Assembly: GCA_965198115.1 (NCBI GenBank)
Contig: OZ240241.1
Span: 1,184,001 to 1,248,000 of the forward strand
Origin: Candidatus Latescibacterota bacterium
GTDB taxonomy: Bacteria; Latescibacterota; UBA2968
DNA length: 64,000 bases
Direction of reading: 5' to 3'
Part shown: one piece after another, positions 19,769 through 30,381 of the stretch
Layout of the letters: each line of letters opens with the position of its first letter
Numbering within the stretch: the stretch's first letter is position 1
The notes under the pieces: generated by a model
Database searches by the model: none
Seen by the model: the letters and a program-made list of their open reading frames with translations, nothing else
What the model was told of the DNA's origin: nothing
Made by a program: the position numbers and the translations under genes

Positions 19769-21136
19769 TCATCGGGCGGGATCGAAGAACGTCAGGTAGG
19801 GCTCGTCCTGCAGTTCTCGGCGAAGAAGTGTGGCGAGCTCCAAAGCGTGGTAGTCGCCCCACATAGATGACTCACCGGCAGGCACGGATCGTCCATTTGG
19901 AACGTAGTCCCATCCGTTTGGACGGTGGTAAACCGAGTGCAGGAGGAGACCCTGATGTTCGGGATCGGTGGCCAGGTAGGGTTCCGCGAAGAGGGTGCGG
20001 GCAACGGTCAGCGCGGCTCGCAGGTAGGACTGACCATCGTCGTAACGTTTCCCGAGTCGATAGAGTCCCTGGGCGGCAATGGCGGCCGCAGAACTGTCGA
20101 CCGGCTCGTGGTCGTTGTGAGGATCGGCCGGTCTATCCCGCCACCCTTCCAGAAGGGCGAGTCCGGGTGCACCCGTGTCCCAGTATGGGATTCCGTCTGA
20201 TGCGGTCACCCCATCCGCATAGTAGTCGGCTGTGGCCCTCGCTGCTTTCGAGAAGCTCTCAATGATCGTCTCACGCCCTTCGAATTCGTCCAGGTCCACA
20301 TCGTCGAGGGTGTCGACGAACTCGAGCAGCTCGGCGAAACCTGCGATGATCCACGCCATGCCCCGCGTCCAAGTCGAAAATGGCGAATACCCCTGTTGGG
20401 TGCTGGGGCACCGATAGTTTCCATCGTTCACGTTGAAGATCGATTCGTGAACAACCCGCCCCCTCACGTCGTAGTGGTCTCTTCCCTCCCCGTAGTAGAC
20501 GTTGTAGGCGGCCGTCGTCTCTGCGTGTTGAATCAATCGTTCAAGCAGAGAGATCGGCTGATCGCCTTCTCCCATGAGCGCGTGACCGAGGGTGTGTGCG
20601 AGGCCTAGCGCGCGACACGATCGAATTGTGTCAGAAAACAGAGAATGAGGGCCGTTGAACGAGTAGATGAATCCACGACCGTCGTGAATCGTCGTCCATC
20701 GCGCAGCCTGAACAGCGCCAGACGATTTGATGGCAATCTCATAAAAGTGGCGTTCCCATTCATTTTCGGGAATCTTCCCCTCACGCATGAGTCTGCGCAG
20801 GTTGCCGTAGGTGGATAGATTGTTGAAACCGTGGTCGTGCACACCGACGTGGGTGACGTGACTGGCCATCTTTGCGACGGTTTCGGACCGGCCGATCTGA
20901 AGCAGATCCTCCTCGCCCGTTCCTTCGAAAGCCAGTACGGAACACCCGAACTGAAACCCCTGTGTCCATTCGGTCCAGCCTCGGGTCGTGTACTCGCCTT
21001 TAACCGTGAAAACGGGAGTGCCTCTACTCGGGTCCCACGCACTCGACAGACCCCTCGCTTTTCGGGCAGCAAGCGCAAAAACCTGGTCTATGGCACCTGC
21101 CAGGTCGGGTAGCTGAATGTTCGGGTCGATCCTCAT
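19769..21136 (-). CDS. GH88-like (unsaturated glucuronyl hydrolase-like) glycoside hydrolase
   Basis: EWTQGF, HDHGF, WTRGMAW, PYWD, DSSAAAIAA, WGDY. Confidence 0.8.
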   Translation of the reverse strand: MRIDPNIQLPDLAGAIDQVFALAARKARGLSSAWDPSRGTPVFTVKGEYTTRGWTEWTQGFQFGCSVLAFEGTGEEDLLQIGRSETVAKMASHVTHVGVHDHGFNNLSTYGNLRRLMREGKIPENEWERHFYEIAIKSSGAVQAARWTTIHDGRGFIYSFNGPHSLFSDTIRSCRALGLAHTLGHALMGEGDQPISLLERLIQHAETTAAYNVYYGEGRDHYDVRGRVVHESIFNVNDGNYRCPSTQQGYSPFSTWTRGMAWIIAGFAELLEFVDTLDDVDLDEFEGRETIIESFSKAARATADYYADGVTASDGIPYWDTGAPGLALLEGWRDRPADPHNDHEPVDSSAAAIAAQGLYRLGKRYDDGQSYLRAALTVARTLFAEPYLATDPEHQGLLLHSVYHRPNGWDYVPNGRSVPAGESSMWGDYHALELATLLRRELQDEPYLTFFDPAR

Positions 21137-21291
21137 CCTATCTCCGGTTGCATCCTTCGCTCTTCGGGGCGCGGGATAATACCAAATAGCCACGCAACTC
21201 GCTACGGGAACAGGGCTTGACGCGAGCGGCTGTGATCCTATCATTGGATCTCGCTGAAGCTGCGCCCGATATGAGACTTAGGAGTGTTCAG

Positions 21292-22038
21292 ATGCCGGAA
21301 AAAAAACACGGCCCCGTGGGTTACGACGACACCCCCGTTTTGCCGGGCCAGCCGTGGCGCGTCCACGACGGTGAACGACCACAACCGCGCGTCGTCACAC
21401 CCGGAGCGGCCTCGACATCCGCACCCTCGGACGCCGTCGTCTTGTTCGACGGGACCGATGTCTCGGGCTGGGTCGGGCCTGACGGGGGCCCGATCGGTTG
21501 GACTATCGAAAACGGCTACGTGGAGGTCTCTCCGAAGACCGGGGGCATTACGTCAAAGGCGACCTTCGGAGATGTTCAACTGCACCTGGAGTTTGCATCC
21601 CCTGCCGTAGTCAAAGGATCGAGCCAGGGCCGCGGCAACAGTGGTGTTTTTCTGATGGGTCTATATGAGGTTCAGGTCCTGGACGGATATGACAACGTCA
21701 CCTACGCGGACGGCACGACGGGGGCGATCTACGGTCAGTATCCTCCGCTCGTCAACGCCTGTCGGCCCCCCGGCGAATGGCAAGTTTACGATGTCGTCTT
21801 CCAGGCGCCACGTTTTCACGGCTCGAATCTCGTGAGCCCAGCTTTTTTGACCGTAATTCTCAACGGCGTACTGTTGCATCATCACAAGGCGGCCAACGGC
21901 CCGACCGGCCACAAGAACGTCTCGTCCTATGCAGAGCCCCACGGGCCCACAGGGCCTCTTATGCTCCAGGATCACGGCGACCTCGTGCGCTACCGAAACA
22001 TCTGGGTGCGTGAGCTGACGGACTACGACCAGGGGTGA
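21292..22038 (+). CDS. DUF1080 (3-keto-disaccharide hydrolase-like) protein
   Basis: VLFDG, FGDVQLHLEF, RGNSGV, YEVQVLD, GEWQ, LQDHG...YRNIW. Confidence 0.9.
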   Translation: MPEKKHGPVGYDDTPVLPGQPWRVHDGERPQPRVVTPGAASTSAPSDAVVLFDGTDVSGWVGPDGGPIGWTIENGYVEVSPKTGGITSKATFGDVQLHLEFASPAVVKGSSQGRGNSGVFLMGLYEVQVLDGYDNVTYADGTTGAIYGQYPPLVNACRPPGEWQVYDVVFQAPRFHGSNLVSPAFLTVILNGVLLHHHKAANGPTGHKNVSSYAEPHGPTGPLMLQDHGDLVRYRNIWVRELTDYDQG

Positions 22039-22060
22039 AAGCCGTCGCACCCGAAAACAG

Positions 22061-22089
22061 GAAGGGGATCTGCTAAGCAGATCCCCTTC
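22061..22089. terminator. Terminator between convergent genes
   Basis: Perfect hairpin GAAGGGGATCTGC-TAA-GCAGATCCCCTTC followed by TTT. Confidence 0.85.
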
Positions 22090-22110
22090 TTTGCATTGCA
22101 GGACAACCCG

Positions 22111-25100
22111 CTACTGTGTTTGCGCGAATTGCAGGAAGTCCTGAAAACCGATCACCCCATCGCCGTCCAGGTCATACCTGACGTCGAACCCGTCGTTCCC
22201 GTCGTCCAAGCCAAACTGAGATCGAAGCTTGTCCCACGTGAGCGGGTCGTGCTCCACGCGAAGGCGGACTTCCGCTGCGGATCCAATCCCCATGGGACGC
22301 ACGCCTGATGGTCCCCCGAGCGTTGCAGCCACCACTTTTATGACCTCATGTTCAACGGCGCCCGGTTGTAGAATCACCTTTCCAATCAATCCCCCAGTTT
22401 CTGGGAGAACTCCTCCCAGAAGCCCTGCCGTGATCCGCAGCAGCGGCGCGTCCTCCGTGATCAACAGCTGTGTGCCTTCGATGGCGGGGCCCGCCTCGAA
22501 ACGGTCGAAACCCATCGATCCAGTTTCGAGCAGCACCTCGATCCCCAGCAGATCCAGTCCCCCACTGAAGTGGATCTCCACGGACACTTTTTCGTCGCTT
22601 GATATTTGCCCGTCCCGTATGCCTTCGTCCTCCGGTCCGGGACCTAGATCGAGGGCGACTCCAGAGAGAACGTCGAACGTTCGTACGAGTTCTGGGAGCC
22701 CCGGAATGCTGATCGTCAGCTGGAGATCCCCGACCGTTTTGGGATGGAGCTGGAAGAAAGTTCGACCCGAAGAAACGGTTGCGACTTCAGGCACGATGGT
22801 AGCGTCTCCCCTCGTTATCTCGATCGACACCCGTGTGGAATCATCTCCTTCGTCGACCGCGCCCAGGTCGTCCAGAATCGTCACAAACAGCGGCGAGACG
22901 GTGTGTCCGTCCAAGAGGAGGTGTTTGGAGGGCAGAGAAGCAGAAAGCGTTGCCGCTCTTTCTGCCACCCAGCGCAGTTGGTAGGCGGCTTCGTGTTCGG
23001 CAGAAGCCTGACAATCACAATCTCTTCGGAAAACCGTGGGCCGATTCGGACGCGCTTCCTGCCTCGGGCGAGAACGCGCTCGTCGTCTCCCAGGACCTCG
23101 ATTTGGACATCCTCTTCTGATACCGCGTCGATCGTGTAGTGTTGTCCCTCCGTGACGGGGAGTACAAGCCAATCGACGTCGGCTGGTGAGTGAAGCGTGC
23201 GCTCGACGAACTGAGTTTCCAACACTGCGGGCCGATCCGGAGAATCAGGTTCAAAAACGTCGGGCCACTGCCAGGACGAGGCCTCCAGGGCCCGCACTCG
23301 ACGGGAAACGGGCGCCGCGCCGGGGGCAAGAGCCTCGATTTCGATCGTCCCAGGTTTCAGCGCCGTCACCCGGGCGGTCGCCCTTCCGTTGAGAACCGGA
23401 ACCGACAGATTGCGAATTCGAGCGTCGCCCCGTTTAACCTGGAAAGACACGGAAACGCTCTCTGCCTGAGCCGCGGCCTCAAGATCACGAACGTCGAACG
23501 TCACCCAGCCTTCACTCACGCCGTTGGCCAGGAAGGGTGGTCCGGTCTCCGCTACGTGCAATGCTCTGATCGGACTGGCTTCGATCGAGACCGTTGCACC
23601 CCAGGTTCCCGGCGCCACCGCACGTAAAACGATCGACCCGGGTCTTTCTGTTAGCAATTGCGCTTCAGCCCCGGAACCCTGCCCCACGATCGTCCGCAGA
23701 TGGCCTTCCCCTCCGATGATCGACCATACGATGGGCAGATCGATCGATGCTTGAGCGATCACGTGGGCAACGCTCAGTCCATCCGCGCTGATCTCTCTGC
23801 GATCGGCAGACACCGTCAGGGTGGATTCGGCAGGGAGAAGTCGGCGGATCACCTGACCTCGCGTGTCTGTGACGACGATCCCTCCGAATTCGTCGACGAA
23901 GAGGGCGTGAGGATCGAACTTTTCGCCCGGCGGTACACCAACGGTTGACAGGGTGCCATTGGGCGCAACCTGGCGGATCGCCCGGTTCATCCGATCGGAG
24001 ATAAACACTCTACCCCACCGGTCGGTCGCAAGACCGGTCGGCCGGTTCAACAGCCCGAGTGTTGCTGACCCGCCATCACCGGCGTAGCCCGGTTCTCCGG
24101 TGCCCACGAACGTCCGGATGGACCCGTCGCCGGCGACCGCTCTGATCCGATGGTTGCCCTGATCTGCGATCAGCATGGTTCCATCTTCGAGGAAAGCGAG
24201 GGCGGCGGGATGGGACAAGCCGGCATCAGTCGCGGGCCCTCCGTCCCCCCCGGACCCTTCTCTACCCGATCCGGCCACCGTCGTAATTCGCGCGTGGGGG
24301 CCGATTCTCCGCACGACGTGGTTGCCCTGTTCGGTCACGTAGAGAGCGCCGTCGGGCCCCACACACAGGCCCGTGGGTGTGTCGAGGTCGGCCCTCGTGG
24401 CGAATCCACCGTCACCGCTGTATCCCGCCCGACCCGTTCCGGCGACCGTCCAGATTCTTCCCGATGTAGTCACCGTTCGAACACGGTGGTTGAAGGTATC
24501 GGCCACGTAGAGCCTGCCAGAACCGTCGCCCGCAACACCCGTCGGGGCCGCGAGTGAAGCAGCCGAGGCCGGGCCACCATCACCACTGAAACCATAGCTT
24601 CCAGAACCCGCGACCGATCGAACACGACCGTCTTCGATTAACCGGATCCGGTTGTTCGACGTATCCGCGACGTAGATCCGTCCCGCTCGGTCTCCCCAGA
24701 CTCCGAACGGATTACTCAATCGTGCATCTGTCGGCCCGCCGCCGTCCCCAATCCCTCCTCCGGCAAAATTCTGAAACCCCTCCATCGGGTCCCACGTGAA
24801 CACGAGGCCACGGCGCTCTGCGATCAGGTAGAGGTGACCCGTCCCATCGGTCTGTAAACCAGAGATGGCGATGGGCAGATCGTTTGTCTGTGATTGTCCG
24901 GATTCGGGATCGAACAGATAGAAACGACGTTGCCCCGCGTCGAGCAGAAACAGCCTGCCGAAGCCGAATGCGATGGAGATCGCCGTTTCGTGAGGGGCGC
25001 CCAGGTCCTGTAGCCCATCGCCATCAGTCCATCGCCAGACCCGTCCCCCCGACTCCAGTAGATACAAATGAGCAGGGGCCCCGGCGAGGTCGATCACCGC

Positions 25101-25592
25101 GCCCAGACGCTCTGCCCACTCGACCGGGGTGCTGCTGCCGTCTTCACCGATCCGAATGATCGTCGAGTCGGGTCCAACGAGCGCGAAAAAACCCTCCGAC
25201 GAAGGCGCTGCTGCGATCCGTAGGATGTGTCCGTCGTAGCCAGACCTTGTGATGCCCGATTCCTCTACACGTCCCAGCTGGCGGTCGGCCGGCCGATAGA
25301 GAAAAATCCCTCCACTCCGATTGTTGAGCAAGGTGAATTGCTCCCCGCCTACGTCGGTCGGAAACTGCAGAAATGTCTCGATGGTGCCGTCCTGAAGAAT
25401 GCGGCGAACGCGCTGCTGACCCACCTCAGCGATGTAGACTCGACCATCCGCATCAGACGCGAGAGAGGTGGGTCCGTGCAGCACCGCGTCGGAGGCGGGA
25501 AGGTTGTCGCCCCATCCCCCTCCGGCGAGCGTATGGAGAGTCTGAGCTGGAAGTGGATTCGAAAGGAGAGCAAGCAGCAACAGTGTGAACAT
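22111..25592 (-). CDS. Large secreted NHL-repeat/Ig-like surface protein with an EF-hand/dockerin-like tail, frameshifted near 23007
   Basis: NHL repeats (G..G.SGDGGPA..A.L..P.G....G.LY.AD..N.R.R), invasin-like ADG/ANG Ig domains, a DVFEPDS motif and the tail DLDGDGVIGFQDFLQFA. Adding one G joins the two ORFs (VRASAEHEAAYQLRW). Confidence 0.82.
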
Positions 25593-25741
25593 CGGTCGGT
25601 CACCTCGCGATGGAATCAGCACTGCAAAAACCTACCGACCCGTCTTGACAGAAGCAACCTGCGGCAACCGATCGCCTCTATGTGGCGAAAAACCGCGTAC
25701 AGGGACGAGAATCCACGGGCACGCGACGGCCGCGCAGATGT

Positions 25742-28453
25742 TCACGAGTGGGAAGGAGCGGTGAGTTCGAAAGCGCCCCCGCTTGGACGCGTCAGGAAGA
25801 ACGCGGAAGTCTGAACGTGCTGTGGAAAGGCGTCCTGGTAGCGCGCTCGCCATCGCCCCAAAAACTCGACCGCCTCGCCGACGGCGACAGCTGCCCATAC
25901 ACTGCCGCCAAAACCAGCGCCAAAGGCCGATGCCGCGACTGCATCTTCTGCGATGGCGGCATCGCATAGACCCGTGGTTTCGGGAACCTGATTTCCAAGC
26001 AAGCGCGCCCCACGTGACTGGGACTCAGTGACGACCCGTCCGAGTGTTTCGTGATCGCACCGATCCAAGGCGTCCGTCGCGTCTGGCACGAGTTGCTCGC
26101 TCTCGACAACAAAGTGGTCGAATCGCTGCACGAGTTCCCTCGATTCGAATTCTGCGACGGTCGCGTCCTCAAGAACCCGCCTGACCTTTTCCTCGCCCAA
26201 TTCTCGCGTGGCATCGGCCAGGCTCCCCCACTCTCCTCCCGTCGTCTGGCGCGTGACGGCAAGGGCGACCGAGGCCAGACGGGAGGCCCTGTTGTAGAGG
26301 GTCATGGCATTCCCCGTTTTTTCTGCGACCACGCCTGACGCTCCGACGGCAATCGTAAGCGACTCGGGAAACCGAACCGATCGCTCGTGGCGTACGGGGC
26401 AGTAGGCGTATTGTTCGACACAACCGCCAGTACACGTGAGAATGGCCGTGTGATCCTCACTGCCTCCAAAAGTGCCGACACCAGCGTCCCCCTCGAGCGC
26501 CCCGAACGATTGACCGTTTTCCACCGTCCCAAGGTAGCCGGCAAGGTCGAGCACGTCCCCGATTGCTTCTGTGTATGTCGGTCCATTTTTCAGATCGTTC
26601 CGTTCGATCAGACCGAGGCTGAAGCCAACGATCAGTGCACTCGAACTGCTGAGACCCGCAGCGAGAGGCAAGTCGCTCCCAAAAAAGAAATCGGCGCCCT
26701 GGAGGGCGCCGAAATTGCGGACCAATCTGCGGCCGACCGTCATAGGATAGTTCGCCCATCCCGATCGGGGCGCAAGTTCGGGTGACAGCTCGAACTCAAC
26801 ACACTCGTCACGTTTCCGATCGATGACCCGGACGACGCAGTCCGACCGCGGTCGAACGACAAACCAGATACCGCGGCACGTCGCGGCGAGAAGACTTCTG
26901 CCGCCGGCATAGTCCGTATGCTTTCCGAGCAATTCAATCCTGCCGGGCACCCACCAGATCCGGTCCCCGTCGTGCACATCATCGGGCAAAACCTGCGTGA
27001 GCTCGTCGACACGCGTGCGAGCCTGGTCCGGATCCATGCCCCTTTTCAGGAGTGTTGAGGAAAACTTCTCCAGAGGTTCCATCAGGTAAGTTCTGATGCG
27101 CCGTGCTACATCGGTGTTCACGGAGTGATACGGTCGAAACAGGTTCCCACTGTCGAACAGAGTCCTCCGTATGTTTTCGAGGTCATCGTGCCCGAGCGCC
27201 TGACTGAAGATCTGGAGGAGATATTCGGTTCCCATCCGGGACGGGGCCAGACGCTCTTCATCGTAGAACGTCGGGTGAACATACCGCGCGTGGATGTACC
27301 CCCACTGATCCCTGAGTGAATTGGCGTCAATGCTGTCGAGATAGAAGCCTTCCTGACGGTTCCACTGCAGCGTGGCGATGGCGTTGTTCTGACCTTCGAG
27401 CAGCATGTCGACCGCCTTGCCCCCCAGCTGGGCCGCATAGAACCTGTCGAACAGAATCGGACGACCACCCCGCTGGGTGTGCCCCACTTTTCGCGTGAAG
27501 ATGGCCGCATCCGCCGATTCACTACGTCGCCGCACGCGAAAGAATTCGTCCCCGATCCGTTCGATCAGGATACTCCTCAGCGCCTCCGCCGCCCCGGAGA
27601 GCTGGATGTTGCCCGCCGGGTCCGTGGAATGCATTTGAGCACCCAATTCGAGCCCGTCCTCACCCTTTATCCCTTCGCCACAGACGATGACGACGTTCTT
27701 CTGGCGGTCGTAGAGCTCGAGCACTTGCTCCGCCACCAGGTCGCAATTCAGCGGAACTTCGGGAATGAGGATGATGTCGGGCTGTCCGTAAGCCACCCCG
27801 AGGGCGATATAGCCCGAGTGTCGCCCCATGACTTCGACGATCGCGATCCGGCGATGACTTTCTGCCGTCGTTCGGATTCGCTGGATGCCCATGGCGGCAT
27901 CGAAGACGGCAGTGGCGTATCCCGGTGTCACGTAGTTGACCATGTACTCGAGATCGAACTCCGAAAGCGAGCGACTCCGACGGTATATCGTTTCCCCTCC
28001 CGAGATCTCACGAATCCACTCTTGCGCCTCCGACGCGTAGTTGAGTCCGAGGTCGTTGTCGATCGTCTTGGGTGCCAGGACGGACGGGATCCGCTCCGAA
28101 ATCGGTTGCAGCCCGTTCAACGTCCCGTCGCCACCGACGCAGATGAGCCCGTCGATCTTCAGGTGGTTCAGGCGATCGAGTATTCGCGCCAATTCTTCGG
28201 GTTCGTCGGGATCGACGTAAGCCCGCGACGCCCCGAGGATCGTTCCGCCTTGTGTCGCGTCCAGTTCGGGAATTTCTCGAAAGAGTGGGTTGAGGTGCAC
28301 GTGGGGCACGCGAGGGTTGAGCAGGCTATCGTATCCCTTGATCAGGCCGAAAACCTCGACGTGCAGGTGGTTGGCGCGTGCGACGGCTCCGTGGAGGGTC
28401 GCATTCAGCGCTGGAGTGTCACCGCCGGCCGTCAGAATGGCAATTCTGTTCAC
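25742..28453 (-). CDS. 6-phosphofructokinase in frame with a galactokinase-family (GHMP) kinase
   Basis: Pfk motifs TAGGD, GGDGT, PKTIDND, MGR, GHTQRGG. GHMP motifs PGRIELLGKHTDY, PLAAGLSSS, GAGFGG. A second ATG lies at 27082. Confidence 0.85.
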   Translation of the reverse strand: MNRIAILTAGGDTPALNATLHGAVARANHLHVEVFGLIKGYDSLLNPRVPHVHLNPLFREIPELDATQGGTILGASRAYVDPDEPEELARILDRLNHLKIDGLICVGGDGTLNGLQPISERIPSVLAPKTIDNDLGLNYASEAQEWIREISGGETIYRRSRSLSEFDLEYMVNYVTPGYATAVFDAAMGIQRIRTTAESHRRIAIVEVMGRHSGYIALGVAYGQPDIILIPEVPLNCDLVAEQVLELYDRQKNVVIVCGEGIKGEDGLELGAQMHSTDPAGNIQLSGAAEALRSILIERIGDEFFRVRRRSESADAAIFTRKVGHTQRGGRPILFDRFYAAQLGGKAVDMLLEGQNNAIATLQWNRQEGFYLDSIDANSLRDQWGYIHARYVHPTFYDEERLAPSRMGTEYLLQIFSQALGHDDLENIRRTLFDSGNLFRPYHSVNTDVARRIRTYLMEPLEKFSSTLLKRGMDPDQARTRVDELTQVLPDDVHDGDRIWWVPGRIELLGKHTDYAGGRSLLAATCRGIWFVVRPRSDCVVRVIDRKRDECVEFELSPELAPRSGWANYPMTVGRRLVRNFGALQGADFFFGSDLPLAAGLSSSSALIVGFSLGLIERNDLKNGPTYTEAIGDVLDLAGYLGTVENGQSFGALEGDAGVGTFGGSEDHTAILTCTGGCVEQYAYCPVRHERSVRFPESLTIAVGASGVVAEKTGNAMTLYNRASRLASVALAVTRQTTGGEWGSLADATRELGEEKVRRVLEDATVAEFESRELVQRFDHFVVESEQLVPDATDALDRCDHETLGRVVTESQSRGARLLGNQVPETTGLCDAAIAEDAVAASAFGAGFGGSVWAAVAVGEAVEFLGRWRARYQDAFPQHVQTSAFFLTRPSGGAFELTAPSHS

Positions 28454-28469
28454 CGACCCACCTCCTTCC

Positions 28470-29783
28470 TCAGCCTTCGGACTCGAACGCGTGATAAATC
28501 GCCCGCACGGCTTGTTTGTAGTCCTGGTCCTCGACGCCGACGATGATGTTGATTTCGGAAGCGCCCTGATCGATCACACGCACGTTGATGCCTGCCTCGG
28601 CCAGGGCGGTGAACAATTTGGCCGCGATTCCAATTCGATGGGACATCCCCTCGCCGACCGTCGCAATCAGGGCAAGGCCAGGGAGCAACTCGGTTCGGTC
28701 GGGCTCCAGGGTCCGCTCGATCTCCTCGAGTAAGAGCTCCCCGCGACCCGCCAGCTCCTCGTCGCTGACGATGACCGAAATCGTGTCGATGCCCGAAGGC
28801 GTATGTTCATAGCTGATGTCGTGTGCAGCGACCACCTCGAGCACCCGCCGGCCGAACCCGGTTTGCTTGTTCATCAGTGCTTTTTCGATGAAAAGCATCG
28901 TAAAACCGGGTCGTCCTGCCACGCCCCCGAGCATGTTGTCCGTTGGTGTACGCTGTTTTAGAATACGAGTTCCGGGCGCATCGGGGTCGTTCGTGTTTCG
29001 GATGTGGATGGGAATGCCCGCTTCTCTGACCGGGAACATGGCTTCATCGTGGAAGACGCTCGCTCCCATGTAGGAAAGCTCTCGAATTTCGCGGTAGGTA
29101 ATCTCTTCGACAGGTTTCGGGTTTTCGACGATTCTGGGATCGGCCATGAGCAAACCGGACACATCGGTCCAGTTCTCGTAAACCGACGCTCCGGCCGCAC
29201 GTGCGACGATGGCTCCTGTGATGTCAGAACCACCCCGCGAAAAGGTCTGCACCTCTCCACTATCCGAAGACCCGTAGAAACCAGGAATGACGTAGCGTCC
29301 CGGCCCGTCGAGGGCGCTGCCCAGCAGGTCGTAACTGATCGGATTCAGGCGACCCTCCGGTCCAAAACGGATCACCTCGGCAGGTTCGACATACGTCGCT
29401 TCGAGAAGCGCGGAGACGACCTTGCCGTTCAGATACTCACCTCTCGAGGCTATGTAATCGACGGATGCGCCACCCTCCAGATCCTGACGCAGCTGGGCGA
29501 GGAGTCCGTCCACATCCAGGTCCAGAGACAGCCCCTCGGCCAGGTCCTTGTAGCGTTCGTGGACGAGCCCGAACGCCTCATCGAACGCGACGTGCTGACG
29601 CGTGGCTTCGTGACAGAGATACAGCAAGTCGGTGATTTTGGTGTCGTCGGCGTGCCGCTTGCCTGGCGCAGAGGGAACAACGAAGCGTCGTTCGGGATCA
29701 GCATCGACGATCGAGGCGACTTTGCGAAACTGCGAAACGTCGGCGAGAGATGATCCGCCGAATTTGCAGACAATACTACCCAT
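28470..29783 (-). CDS. lysC: Aspartate kinase
   Basis: KFGGSS, SRGE, RGGSD, WTDVSG, C-terminal ACT domains. Confidence 0.93.
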   Translation of the reverse strand: MGSIVCKFGGSSLADVSQFRKVASIVDADPERRFVVPSAPGKRHADDTKITDLLYLCHEATRQHVAFDEAFGLVHERYKDLAEGLSLDLDVDGLLAQLRQDLEGGASVDYIASRGEYLNGKVVSALLEATYVEPAEVIRFGPEGRLNPISYDLLGSALDGPGRYVIPGFYGSSDSGEVQTFSRGGSDITGAIVARAAGASVYENWTDVSGLLMADPRIVENPKPVEEITYREIRELSYMGASVFHDEAMFPVREAGIPIHIRNTNDPDAPGTRILKQRTPTDNMLGGVAGRPGFTMLFIEKALMNKQTGFGRRVLEVVAAHDISYEHTPSGIDTISVIVSDEELAGRGELLLEEIERTLEPDRTELLPGLALIATVGEGMSHRIGIAAKLFTALAEAGINVRVIDQGASEINIIVGVEDQDYKQAVRAIYHAFESEG

Positions 29784-29831
29784 CCTAACCTCAAATGAAG
29801 ACGCCGGATCTGAATCGATCCGGCGCGGGCA

Positions 29832-30374
29832 TCAGACCACGACGAGCGACAGGAAAATACAGCCGAGGGCAACCAAAATGACGACAGCCGCCCACCTCTT
29901 TGGAGCACCTGGATCGTCGTCATCGAACACGAACGTGCCCACCCGTCCGAAGAACGTCAGGGGCTCGGACTCAGCCACGCGGGAATCTCTGCGAATCCGA
30001 TCTTGAAGGATGTCGAGAAGAATCCCGTAAAGCTCTCGTGTATTCACCGGCTTTTGGATGTAGTCGGCAGCTCCCAGGTCCCGGACCCTTGCTCGCGCCT
30101 CTTTGGCATCGGTTCCGCTGACAACGACGACTTTTTGTCGAAGACTCAGAGGCTTGAGGAGGCGGAGAATCTCCTCACCATCGAGCCCCGGCATCATCAG
30201 GTCGAGCAACACGAGATCGTAGGTCCCGCAGAGAGCCTCGTTCAAACCATCGTGAGGATCGCTGGCCACCCGAACCTCGCACCCGGACCGACTCAGGCTG
30301 AGTTCAACGATTTCCAAAAAGACTCGGTCGTCGTCGATCGCGAGCACACGCCAGGTTGGTGTCTTCCTCTCCAC
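29832..30374 (-). CDS. Response regulator receiver with a C-terminal TM helix
   Basis: VLAIDDD, DLVLLDLMMP, YIQKP; hydrophobic tail WAAVVILVALGCIFLSLVVV. Confidence 0.85.
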   Translation of the reverse strand: MERKTPTWRVLAIDDDRVFLEIVELSLSRSGCEVRVASDPHDGLNEALCGTYDLVLLDLMMPGLDGEEILRLLKPLSLRQKVVVVSGTDAKEARARVRDLGAADYIQKPVNTRELYGILLDILQDRIRRDSRVAESEPLTFFGRVGTFVFDDDDPGAPKRWAAVVILVALGCIFLSLVVV

Positions 30375-30381
30375 CGGCTAC

